From: a virus
Direction: 5' to 3' (one strand)
Virus record (IMG/VR): IMGVR_UViG_3300009788_000087
DNA: 64,000 bases
Part shown: positions 37,500-46,080 of the stretch, in pieces
Layout of the letters: each line of letters starts with the position of its first letter
Numbering within the stretch: the first letter of the stretch is position 1
Notes under the pieces: model-generated
The model's database searches: none
What the model saw: only the letters and a program-made list of their open reading frames with translations
What the model was told of the DNA's origin: nothing
Position numbers and translations under genes: made by a program

Positions 37500-38140
37500 A
37501 TCGTCACTTTCTTATAGAGCATCCCATGTTCTTTCATAGCATCATAGATCTGACGCTCGTACTCATTGATTGGTCCCCATACTTGAGCACGAAAAACTGC
37601 AGCCTCTAATCTATCTCTTATGTATTCCTTAAATGGCCACATGAAATAGTAGTTTAGGCCGGTAAAGTTACTCACATAGTAATCGTAATGCTTGTCTTCG
37701 ACCTTACCATATCTCCATTGTCTAAGGACTACTGAAAGCTGGTATGCTTCAAGCTCCTTCATCATCCTGAAGTATGCTGGAATCGGTAGAGCAAAGAGCA
37801 AGAATAATAGGAACCATGAGTTCCACAGTATTAGAGGTAGCACAATCCCCAACACTCCTAGAATTTGTGGCATCACATATAAGAGTGAGTGTATTATCCT
37901 CGTCTGTCTCTTAGCCTGAAGAATGTGTACGCCTTCATGTGCTAGCACGTTCCAGTTTGGAACGTGCTTTCTGGCTATAGCAATTGTCCATCCAATTGTA
38001 GTGGAGAAATCCATATACTTTGGAAAGATCTTGCCAAGCAATCTATGTTGCCACATCTTATTCTTTGATTTAAGTGTAGCCTTTGGCTGAAATCTCTTGA
38101 TTATTACCAAGACTTTGGTAAAGAAATCGAGGTCGTTCAT
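37496..38140 (-). CDS. membrane protein with HExxH motif
   Basis: LAHEGVHILQ, TM hairpin, ELEAY. Confidence 0.65.
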   Translation of the reverse strand: MNDLDFFTKVLVIIKRFQPKATLKSKNKMWQHRLLGKIFPKYMDFSTTIGWTIAIARKHVPNWNVLAHEGVHILQAKRQTRIIHSLLYVMPQILGVLGIVLPLILWNSWFLLFLLFALPIPAYFRMMKELEAYQLSVVLRQWRYGKVEDKHYDYYVSNFTGLNYYFMWPFKEYIRDRLEAAVFRAQVWGPINEYERQIYDAMKEHGMLYKKVTI

Positions 38141-38892
38141 GATATATCCAACTCTATAATCTGCTTACCACATGCTGCATTCGAAAAGATCGTCGTACCG
38201 CCATCAGTTTCAAAACGACCACGTCCACCGTGTGCATGTCCGTAACAGAACAAGCGTGGCATACGTTTATCATCATCATACAGCCGTTCATTGATCCACT
38301 TAGTAAACTCGTGTGATCCAATATGTTTACTGTATCCCATGTCTAAAATACCATGTGGAGGCGAATGAGATATCACCACATCGAGATCGTCAGGCATCAT
38401 TTCGATGTCCATCCCAATACGTTCAGGATCCCGTTCTCCCCACCATTCATCGCTAAACCTATTCACGCCTCTGAATCCTCCGAATCGTAGTCCACAATAA
38501 TCTTGAAACCGTGTGGAATCGTCAGAGACTTCAAAGTGTTTGCCTCCAAACATTGGACCAAGGTCTGTAAAGTCATGGTTTCCCCGTACGATGACGACTG
38601 GGTTGTGTTTGCAGTTTTTAGGGAAGAAATGTCTGAGCCCGAGTGGTTTCTTCTTGTCTGTAAACTTCCGCTTGAACCAATCAAGCTGTAATCGTTCTTC
38701 TCTTTCATGAACTATCTCGCGCTGGACACAGAAAGGATCATACGGGATCCACCCTCCTTGCCGAGACCGTCGTGGTGACATGTCGACAATCGGATAGTTG
38801 TCTAACATATCTCCTGTTATGACATAAACATCAGCCTCAGGAAATTGACTCCATTGATTGTGCCAGTCTGATACATGTGCTAGCCGCACCAT
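38137..38892 (-). CDS. metallophosphoesterase
   Basis: SDWH, TGD, RGNHD, SHSPPHG, YGHAH. Confidence 0.88.
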   Translation of the reverse strand: MVRLAHVSDWHNQWSQFPEADVYVITGDMLDNYPIVDMSPRRSRQGGWIPYDPFCVQREIVHEREERLQLDWFKRKFTDKKKPLGLRHFFPKNCKHNPVVIVRGNHDFTDLGPMFGGKHFEVSDDSTRFQDYCGLRFGGFRGVNRFSDEWWGERDPERIGMDIEMMPDDLDVVISHSPPHGILDMGYSKHIGSHEFTKWINERLYDDDKRMPRLFCYGHAHGGRGRFETDGGTTIFSNAACGKQIIELDIS

Positions 38893-38900
38893 TGTAATTG

Positions 38901-38930
38901 ATTATACACCATTATCCGCTGAGTGTACAC
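38901..38930 (-). promoter_or_regulatory. phage promoter GTGTAC-N18-TATAAT
   Basis: Reverse complement reads GTGTAC actcagcggataatggtg TATAAT; ATG follows after 8 nt. Confidence 0.75.
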
Positions 38931-39015
38931 CTTTTCAGGTTGACTGTTAGACGCTGGATTCGCCGTCTCCATCTTCTTGCGGATACGGCGCTTCTCTTTC
39001 TTTGTCTTACGGCGC

Positions 39016-39240
39016 CTAGTCTCGTCTGTCGTAGCACTCTCTGAGGGCTTCGTTAATGTCTTGTTGCGATTCACTTTGAGCTTCAGTCTTTTCCCTAACT
39101 TCAATCGTGTTATCCTCCATGATATGTTCAACAAGTTTCTTGGTAGCTTCGTACCACCTGCAGTTCATCACATCGATATACACTTCATGAATGAAGTCCT
39201 CCAGCTTATCACAATCTTTGCATTTAACTCTACTCATCAT
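39016..39240 (-). CDS. hypothetical protein
   Basis: MMSRVKCKDC. Confidence 0.55.
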   Translation of the reverse strand: MMSRVKCKDCDKLEDFIHEVYIDVMNCRWYEATKKLVEHIMEDNTIEVREKTEAQSESQQDINEALRECYDRRD

Positions 39241-39526
39241 CCCAACTGAGGTCTTCAATATGCTCTTGAACCTGCTCAGGTGTTGCATCCTTCGCTTGCG
39301 TTGTCGTCTTGCACGCTTCCCACCATTCATTGAATGTGGGTCTGCGGCCGAGGATTGGTTTGCCACGTTCGCTATAACGTGCACGTCTACGTTCATTTAT
39401 CCTGAATCTGTTGCTTTGGTTGTCGAGCTCGTTCTGCTCTACTATAGTATTAGTCCAATTCTTACAGAATTCTTTGTACAGCTTTTTAGCTGCATCTCTC
39501 TTTATCTTCCTTAGATTACTAGCCAT
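39230..39526 (-). CDS. hypothetical basic protein
   Basis: TAATG overlap. Confidence 0.65.
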   Translation of the reverse strand: MASNLRKIKRDAAKKLYKEFCKNWTNTIVEQNELDNQSNRFRINERRRARYSERGKPILGRRPTFNEWWEACKTTTQAKDATPEQVQEHIEDLSWDDE

Positions 39527-39783
39527 TACTGCACGAACAACTTAACAAAAGCAAGACAACCGAGACCAGTTACAAGGTAAAGGAATAAAGCTATAGCTAA
39601 CTTCGCTACTTTTAATCCTAATGGTTTATCTTCATCATCTTCAAGTTCTTCTTGTTTTTCATCAATAAGAATGAAGGTCTTTTCAAGAACAGTACAAAAG
39701 AAAAAACCCATTGCGATTGCGAGTATAATAATCATATAATCTTTCCTAACGAGGTTCTTCGACTGGAACCGCTGTCGGTCCAT
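39526..39783 (-). CDS. membrane protein
   Basis: Two hydrophobic helices flanking an acidic loop. Confidence 0.6.
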   Translation of the reverse strand: MDRQRFQSKNLVRKDYMIIILAIAMGFFFCTVLEKTFILIDEKQEELEDDEDKPLGLKVAKLAIALFLYLVTGLGCLAFVKLFVQ

Positions 39784-40381
39784 AGTGTCGCTTGAACTCC
39801 TTTATTTCTACATCACACAGACTCTTCAATCCACCTTTGGAATTCATGAACCTATGCATAAGACAATCTTTATATGGAATATGGTGTAGACCTAATGCGT
39901 GTCCAACTTCATGTCTCGCAACGCTAAGCCTGAAATTCTTTCCGTCTATAAACCAGTGTTTCCAGAATCTAATCTTAACTGATCTCATGTGACGATCATC
40001 GATCGAGATGATGTCACGGTATGCTGTTCCTCGTACTGAGACACGATCCCCATCAGCATTTTTCTTTGACCAGGTTACTACAATCATTTGTTTTTCTGGC
40101 CAGACATCCTCAGTTTTCACACATTTTCTTTCATGGAAGAGATCTATATTCGTCATGTCATCCCACCACTGAAAGGAATCACGAACGTCTTGCTTAAACT
40201 TTTCAGGAAAATCACATGTAAATCCCCAAACAACGGGAACTTCAGTGATGTGCCAACTCCACGTTTCGAGCTGCATCGTCTCATTCTCATATTGAAGAAG
40301 ACGTCGTTTACCAACAAAACTACAGCTCATTAAAGCTACAGCAAATAGTATTAAAAGTGCACTTCGAAGTCTACATCGCAT
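39746..40381 (-). CDS. matrixin-family (metzincin) lipoprotein peptidase
   Basis: Lipobox-like LMSC; HEVGHALGLHH; Met-turn CLMH. Confidence 0.85.
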   Translation of the reverse strand: MRCRLRSALLILFAVALMSCSFVGKRRLLQYENETMQLETWSWHITEVPVVWGFTCDFPEKFKQDVRDSFQWWDDMTNIDLFHERKCVKTEDVWPEKQMIVVTWSKKNADGDRVSVRGTAYRDIISIDDRHMRSVKIRFWKHWFIDGKNFRLSVARHEVGHALGLHHIPYKDCLMHRFMNSKGGLKSLCDVEIKEFKRHYGPTAVPVEEPR

Positions 40382-40505
40382 TCCTTCTCTTCCTCGACAT
40401 GCTCAGGCTCAACAAGTGGCAGTCGTAGTTCACGTTGGTGTTCGGCTTCACGTTGGCGTCTAAGCTTTTCGAGTTCCTCCATAATTGGAAGGATGTTTGG
40501 TGTTG

Positions 40506-40802
40506 TCATTCATCATTTCCCTTTTCAACTACACTCTCAATCTCGTCAAGTATGTGTCCTTGCTCACGCCGAGACCAGCTTGCTTTCTTCTTATTGACAG
40601 TATTCATATCTTTGTGTGTTCTGGCAATCTTTCTGATATGATCATCACCATCTAAGTAGGCAAGGATGCATGCCTCCACCAATGTCTGAATCTTAATTCC
40701 CTCAAGCGCCGCCTTTGATTTCAGTGCTTTATGGTCATTCATGTGTAGACGGAAGGGTATCTGCTGTATATTCCGTTGTTTCTCAGTTAGTTTAATAGCC
40801 AT
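40506..40802 (-). CDS. ribbon-helix-helix-like DNA-binding protein
   Basis: QQIPFRLHMNDHKALKSKAALEGIKIQTLV. Confidence 0.55.
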   Translation of the reverse strand: MAIKLTEKQRNIQQIPFRLHMNDHKALKSKAALEGIKIQTLVEACILAYLDGDDHIRKIARTHKDMNTVNKKKASWSRREQGHILDEIESVVEKGNDE

Positions 40803-41019
40803 CGATTTCTAATCTTTCTTTTATTTCTTCGAGAGTATACCAATATTCCATCTTGCTTTGTGCCATACCAACACAGATACTCCAAACTACATCAAATGAT
40901 TCATTCGACTTAATCCAGAAACTAATAGATGCGAATGGAACAGGAACATAATATCTCATGCGCCATAGTTTTACGTACCACGATTGGTTCTGATACCTGT
41001 CTTCTAGATCACTGGACAT
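40792..41019 (-). CDS. hypothetical protein
   Basis: ORF track. Confidence 0.6.
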   Translation of the reverse strand: MSSDLEDRYQNQSWYVKLWRMRYYVPVPFASISFWIKSNESFDVVWSICVGMAQSKMEYWYTLEEIKERLEIDGY

Positions 41020-41505
41020 CTATGACACGCATCGTGATGAATGATCTAGGATACACTCGTACGACACCATCCCACTCGAAGGTAATCCAGCTGTACCGTG
41101 CTCATCGACAGGAGTAGATAGCTGTAATGTATCATTCGTCAAGGGCACAAGAGTACCATCACATGTGAGTGTGGGTTCAGTCTGGCTAATATAAATCGTG
41201 TGATCCCATTGTGGTGCTGTGTTCGGAGTGCTCACGGTCGGAGCTGTTCCCCACCAATATTGTGGATAAGACGGAGGATAGACTGGCCAAGTCTGTTGTG
41301 GCCATGCATGTGGCTGCGTACGCTCATGGTTAGTGAGAGCGTCCTGAATCATGCGAGTGACACTCTCCTCGTTTAGAATCCGCTTACCAGTCTTGCTCGA
41401 CTCATTCTTCTTGTCGCCACTGGGCTTCTCGAGTTGAGCCAGTTCCTCAGCTGTGCCTTCAAATTCAATGACAGTGCCGTCAGGCTGTGTTATCTTCTTC
41501 TTCAT
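41020..41505 (-). CDS. hypothetical protein, Pro/Gln/Thr-rich tail
   Basis: MKKKITQPDGTVIEFEGTAEE. Confidence 0.65.
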   Translation of the reverse strand: MKKKITQPDGTVIEFEGTAEELAQLEKPSGDKKNESSKTGKRILNEESVTRMIQDALTNHERTQPHAWPQQTWPVYPPSYPQYWWGTAPTVSTPNTAPQWDHTIYISQTEPTLTCDGTLVPLTNDTLQLSTPVDEHGTAGLPSSGMVSYECILDHSSRCVS

Positions 41506-42016
41506 TATCTGTAATCTCCATCTTCCATTGTGAACCACGACCGAAATCTTTAAGATCCACGCCGTCTATATAGATATCATTCTGACATATAACTTCTACA
41601 GAATTATTCATCAGGAGCTCGATGCCTTCTGTATTCCTGTATAGTTCCGTGTACACGACTTGTTCAATTCCAGCATTTATGATTCGCTTAGAACACATCT
41701 TGCAGGGTGATGTCGTGGTATACAAGCGTTTAAATGAAGGATCATTGAAGTCTAACTTGATGATAGCATTCTCTTCCGCGTGCAAGCATCCACATTTTCC
41801 TGGTTCTTTCGAATCACAACCGTGTGGCCCGCCCTTGTAATTTCCATTGTAGCCGATGGCAAGAACACGATTGTAGTCCCACGATGTGATGACACATCCA
41901 ACTGAGGCTCGCAAACACATACTTCTCTTACTGAGAATATACGCGAATGTCAGATATACGTCAGCCCAGCGAGGACGTGAGACAATCGTTGAGCTCTCCT
42001 CGTATACGTAGCTCAC
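41480..42016 (-). CDS. dCMP deaminase
   Basis: SKRSMC..VGCVI..GYNG, HAEENAI, PCKMC. Confidence 0.92.
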   Translation of the reverse strand: MSYVYEESSTIVSRPRWADVYLTFAYILSKRSMCLRASVGCVITSWDYNRVLAIGYNGNYKGGPHGCDSKEPGKCGCLHAEENAIIKLDFNDPSFKRLYTTTSPCKMCSKRIINAGIEQVVYTELYRNTEGIELLMNNSVEVICQNDIYIDGVDLKDFGRGSQWKMEITDNEEEDNTA

Positions 42017-42351
42017 ACTATCGTGAATACATCTTGATTAGATGTCAGTGCTACAACCACAGCGACAGTGCTACCACGATCGATGGGGATTGAGGCAGCT
42101 AAACACTTCACGTGTGCTTCAACCTCTTGTCCTGGAAGAACGAGTGTTGCTTTGTTGACTAGCTCTAACCCCTGACTGCGTGCATAGTCGCACTCTAACA
42201 ATAATACTGGTACGTTAAAGGTAACACCAAGCGGAACACGTTTAACTTCATCTTCTGCAAGATTAAAATCAAGTGGTGCGCCCAACCTAAGAACTGGTAG
42301 TTCTCCTTTTGGTGTTGTTCCATCGCCTAATTGACATTCTACTATAGCCAT
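42013..42351 (-). CDS. degenerate dUTPase-like beta-fold protein
   Basis: LGAPLDFNLAEDEVKRVPLGV resembles the dUTPase N-terminus; RSG, GxIDxDY and P-loop motifs are absent. Confidence 0.5.
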   Translation of the reverse strand: MAIVECQLGDGTTPKGELPVLRLGAPLDFNLAEDEVKRVPLGVTFNVPVLLLECDYARSQGLELVNKATLVLPGQEVEAHVKCLAASIPIDRGSTVAVVVALTSNQDVFTIV

Positions 42352-42362
42352 AATCTTTCCCT

Positions 42363-43490
42363 TTATCTATTCACTACGTTTTCAATCTTATCCACGAAAT
42401 TGGATACATCCATAAATCTTAGCTTCTCTATGTTCTTTGACCTGATGTCATCACGTTCTTTTACACTGATAGTTGCGAGGTTTTCAACGATGAAACACAG
42501 CTCATTAGGATCATCAGCTATGAACTCCACATAGTCTTCGATACCTAAGTGTGGTTTCAGGCCGACAGGTATCGTACCAAATAACAGCGCTTCCCATGGT
42601 CGAGGAGTAATGAACCCGCTCTCAAGGTATGACTGCTTACCAAGCAATGGACACGCAGCTGCAGTACCATACACACGTCTGAAATCTGATATCGTTATAC
42701 GTTCGTTATACAAGACATACGGCCATTTCAATCTGCATTCAGTAAGGTTCGGTTCGCGTGTCCAGTTGCCCCAAAACTCTACTTCAAACCTAAATGCCTC
42801 GCTGACAGGTGCTATCCACTTATCGATGACATCATCTCTTTCGTACCTTGATCCAATGTAAACGAGCTTTCTACTCTTACTAACGGGGAGTGTTGGGAAC
42901 TGGTATAGATCATCTACTACGATTGGCGGCTCCACTCTTGTTCTATAAAATCCGTAGTCCAACGGTTTGACTGACGTCTCAAAGATTGCATCGGGTGCCC
43001 ACTTCACCTCATCCTCTAGCGTTAGTTTATGATCTAGATCCCACAGTATAATCTTGGTGCTCTTACCTTTGAAGTATTCAAGTATCTGCGTCTGTCTATC
43101 AAGGTCTGACTGATAGCCCACATCATTAATATCTATGTCAATGTTCCTACCTGGAATTGGGAAGCGCCATTCAATGAGAAGCACGTCAAGTTCGGGTAGT
43201 TCATCCAATTCAGTCAATGAAATGTCTGCTGTTGTTAACGTCTTGAACGATCTACGCCATGCATTATATCGTTTTTCAGTAGAGAATGAAGAGAATGCAT
43301 TATGAAACTTACCACTCACATATTCAAAGTCACGATCACGTTGAAGTAAATACGTCTCCCATCCTCGCTTCTGTGCTTCATGAAGAATGGACCATGAGTA
43401 CGCTGCATTACCATCAGGGGTGGAAACTTCCTTGCCGAACTCGAATTTACGATCAGCGATGAATCCCCAGTATGCGTAACCTAATCTCAC
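42363..43490 (-). CDS. GT-B fold glycosyltransferase (putative DNA/nucleotide glycosyltransferase)
   Basis: MRLGYAYWGF..TPDG, WDLDHKL, LVYIGSRYERD, GFITPRPWEALLFGTIPV (C-terminal GT-B pattern); gene context. Confidence 0.65.
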   Translation of the reverse strand: MRLGYAYWGFIADRKFEFGKEVSTPDGNAAYSWSILHEAQKRGWETYLLQRDRDFEYVSGKFHNAFSSFSTEKRYNAWRRSFKTLTTADISLTELDELPELDVLLIEWRFPIPGRNIDIDINDVGYQSDLDRQTQILEYFKGKSTKIILWDLDHKLTLEDEVKWAPDAIFETSVKPLDYGFYRTRVEPPIVVDDLYQFPTLPVSKSRKLVYIGSRYERDDVIDKWIAPVSEAFRFEVEFWGNWTREPNLTECRLKWPYVLYNERITISDFRRVYGTAAACPLLGKQSYLESGFITPRPWEALLFGTIPVGLKPHLGIEDYVEFIADDPNELCFIVENLATISVKERDDIRSKNIEKLRFMDVSNFVDKIENVVNR

Positions 43491-43759
43491 TTAGTTTGCT
43501 TGTGGGGATATGATGGAGAAGATGGGCGCCCACTTGGGTGAATGTCATATTCGATACTGCCATGTTTACTCGGGTGATATGCATCAGAAGCATTCGCTTG
43601 AGTTGCATATGGTATTAGCTTCTTAAATCTTTCAAGTTGTGTAACTTTAATTATAAGCTCGTTAATCTGTGCTTCACGTGTCTTACTTGGAACAACAGGA
43701 AGTAACCAAATCGAGAACCTAAAGAACTTTATCGATAGCCATTTTCTAAATCTTCTCAT
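43487..43759 (-). CDS. hypothetical protein
   Basis: Overlaps both neighbours by 4 nt. Confidence 0.55.
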   Translation of the reverse strand: MRRFRKWLSIKFFRFSIWLLPVVPSKTREAQINELIIKVTQLERFKKLIPYATQANASDAYHPSKHGSIEYDIHPSGRPSSPSYPHKQTK

Positions 43760-44301
43760 AACTCTACCTTTACACCGCTATCTGAATTTAGACTGCGTAT
43801 TAGGTTAATCTTTTCCGTGAGTTGCGGCAACTGTCGTTCAATGTCATCATCGTAGTCATCAACAAAGATCTTAATAACATGACAATTCGTCTGATGATAG
43901 AATCTCGTATATCTATTATGTAGTGCTTCTAATTTGTGTGATTCTACGAGCTCATCATTTACTACAGAATAATCATGACGCAGACACATTACGACAATAG
44001 CACCCATCTCGCTCCACTCACTATCAATTCGATTCAGTGGTTCAGAAAGTGTTGAGCGTCCATACACGTCTGAATACACGATCTCTGATATGTAGCATCT
44101 ATCTGACACAAACGCAGTGTCTGTCTGTCTCACAAACTCAGGTAACAGTATATCAAATGGAATAGAGCTTGTAAAACAATCATTGATCCAGTTTGATTTT
44201 TCAGTTGTTACCTTGAAATATGGGATCCCATAGTGATTAGAGAGAGCGTGGGAAATATGAGTTTTGCCGCATCCGTCTGGACCTTCTACAAAGATGATCA
44301 T
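43756..44301 (-). CDS. dNMP kinase (thymidylate-kinase-like)
   Basis: IFVEGPDGCGKT P-loop; SDRCYISEIVYS. Confidence 0.85.
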   Translation of the reverse strand: MIIFVEGPDGCGKTHISHALSNHYGIPYFKVTTEKSNWINDCFTSSIPFDILLPEFVRQTDTAFVSDRCYISEIVYSDVYGRSTLSEPLNRIDSEWSEMGAIVVMCLRHDYSVVNDELVESHKLEALHNRYTRFYHQTNCHVIKIFVDDYDDDIERQLPQLTEKINLIRSLNSDSGVKVEL

Positions 44302-44996
44302 GGTTTTCTTACACACCAATAATCTGAGGGTGCTTGCCCTTCTTCGTTCGACCATCTTTCGTGCTCTATTGGAAGATCGTGTAGAGGACTATAAAACATA
44401 TCACCTACTGCAGCCATCACACCTTTCCAATATTCGCAGTAATCATCACCGAACATAATGCCACCAGCACGAAGTAGTGGCCAGTATGCTTCGAGATCTG
44501 CTAAGACATCTTCATACTCATGGCTACCATCAATGTAGATGAGGTCTGCTTGCACGTCTTTCTTTCGCAATAGACGAGCAGCATTTGTTGATGTCTGTGG
44601 AAATGGTGTGATTCGACCTTGGTTCCCAGTTATAATTACATTTGCAAGAAACTGATAGTATACTTGTGGATAACCATTACACAACTCGAGAGACTTGTAT
44701 CTCTTCTCGTCCTTGTGGTCCTCCCAAAATTCTGTCGCACCAAGCCATGTATCAACACATGTAATCTCAGTCTTACCTCTTAACTCTGGATCTGCGCCGC
44801 ATATATCTGCCATCGTGATCGCAGACTTACCTTTCCATGTACCAACCTCAATGATAAGTTCAGGTTTTACTTCATCGATCTTCTTCTTGAAATATTCATA
44901 ATGTCCGCCCCAACCTTGAGCATCGAATGAATATGCTACTAAAGGAAAATCCTTGTAGATGTCATGGTCGTAAAGAATATCATAGATTCTACTCAC
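44298..44996 (-). CDS. class I SAM methyltransferase (Methyltransf_24-like)
   Basis: IEVGTWKGKSA, CVDTW, LIYIDGSHEYEDV, GGIMFGDDY. Confidence 0.85.
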   Translation of the reverse strand: MSRIYDILYDHDIYKDFPLVAYSFDAQGWGGHYEYFKKKIDEVKPELIIEVGTWKGKSAITMADICGADPELRGKTEITCVDTWLGATEFWEDHKDEKRYKSLELCNGYPQVYYQFLANVIITGNQGRITPFPQTSTNAARLLRKKDVQADLIYIDGSHEYEDVLADLEAYWPLLRAGGIMFGDDYCEYWKGVMAAVGDMFYSPLHDLPIEHERWSNEEGQAPSDYWCVRKP

Positions 44997-46077
44997 TGCC
45001 AACCCCTTTGAATAATCCTGCCCAGATCTGCATGGCTTTGCCGAGCTTCTTGAAGTAGTCCGTATATTCGGGGAATTCATCATACTTGGTGATGTGTTTT
45101 CCGAGATGCATGTATATCGTATTAGCTTCTATATAACCTTCAACTATTCCAGGATGATCGAATGAGTCTACATACTCCCACAGCTTCTCATTCACCTCGA
45201 GACCATTTGCTTCCTTCTTTAGGTTGGTGAATGGATTGGATGCACGCTCGTGCCTGATGTATGGAATCCCGGTGCTGACAGTTTTACCTAGAATATCTGC
45301 GCACTTCTTCATAAAGATGCCGCACCATATGTCACCGAAGCGATCGAATGGAAGTTTTTTCAAAGTTGTATATGGTTTCAATTCAAAGTCTTCTGGCGTA
45401 ACTTTAGGTTTCAACTGTTGCCCCATCAGTAAGTGATACATCAGTACCGTGTACTCTGCTTTCCACATCACGTTCATCCCACACATGGGGAAGTATGAAC
45501 CATGGGGCACGATCTTATTGTCATAGGCAAACTTCTCTTCTACGGGATTGACGAGCTGAGTGGGCGCATCATAGTCTATTACATTCGTCCACAGCCCGTG
45601 ATTTACAATCGTATCGTTCCGTTCACCAAGATTGTAGAACGGTATTCCACGAGGTTTCACACAGTCGAGAGTATTGAACCATCTTGTGCGGCCACCATTG
45701 AGATATTTCTTGTGTTGCTCGACGAATCCTTTGCCATCATATATGTGATCCATCGGATAGCAGTCATCATCGAGTGTCATGATGTACCTATAGCCACATG
45801 AATGCGCATACCAATATGCAAAACTTCTGACAGTATCAGATCTTCGTGGGATTATCCACTCATCCTCACCAAGTCCATCCCGGATATTTTTCCAACACAA
45901 ATGTACGATATTATTTTTGGAACCATCAAAAACTTTGAATGTCTTTGTTGGATTGTCTTCCATAACAAACAGGTCTACATGATCGAATAGACCGATATCA
46001 TTCCACCTCTTATAAAAATCAGTGAAGCAATTCTCACGAATCGTAGGAACTATTAATGCGATTTCTTTAGCGATCAT
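44989..46077 (-). CDS. RGP / UDP-arabinopyranose mutase family protein (GT-A fold)
   Basis: IVPTIR, TLDDDC, WFNTL, PRGIPF, NHGLW..DYDAPTQL, FPMCGMN, RFGDIWCG, HERASNPFTNLKKE. Confidence 0.88.
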   Translation of the reverse strand: MIAKEIALIVPTIRENCFTDFYKRWNDIGLFDHVDLFVMEDNPTKTFKVFDGSKNNIVHLCWKNIRDGLGEDEWIIPRRSDTVRSFAYWYAHSCGYRYIMTLDDDCYPMDHIYDGKGFVEQHKKYLNGGRTRWFNTLDCVKPRGIPFYNLGERNDTIVNHGLWTNVIDYDAPTQLVNPVEEKFAYDNKIVPHGSYFPMCGMNVMWKAEYTVLMYHLLMGQQLKPKVTPEDFELKPYTTLKKLPFDRFGDIWCGIFMKKCADILGKTVSTGIPYIRHERASNPFTNLKKEANGLEVNEKLWEYVDSFDHPGIVEGYIEANTIYMHLGKHITKYDEFPEYTDYFKKLGKAMQIWAGLFKGVGSE

Positions 46078-46080
46078 CTT

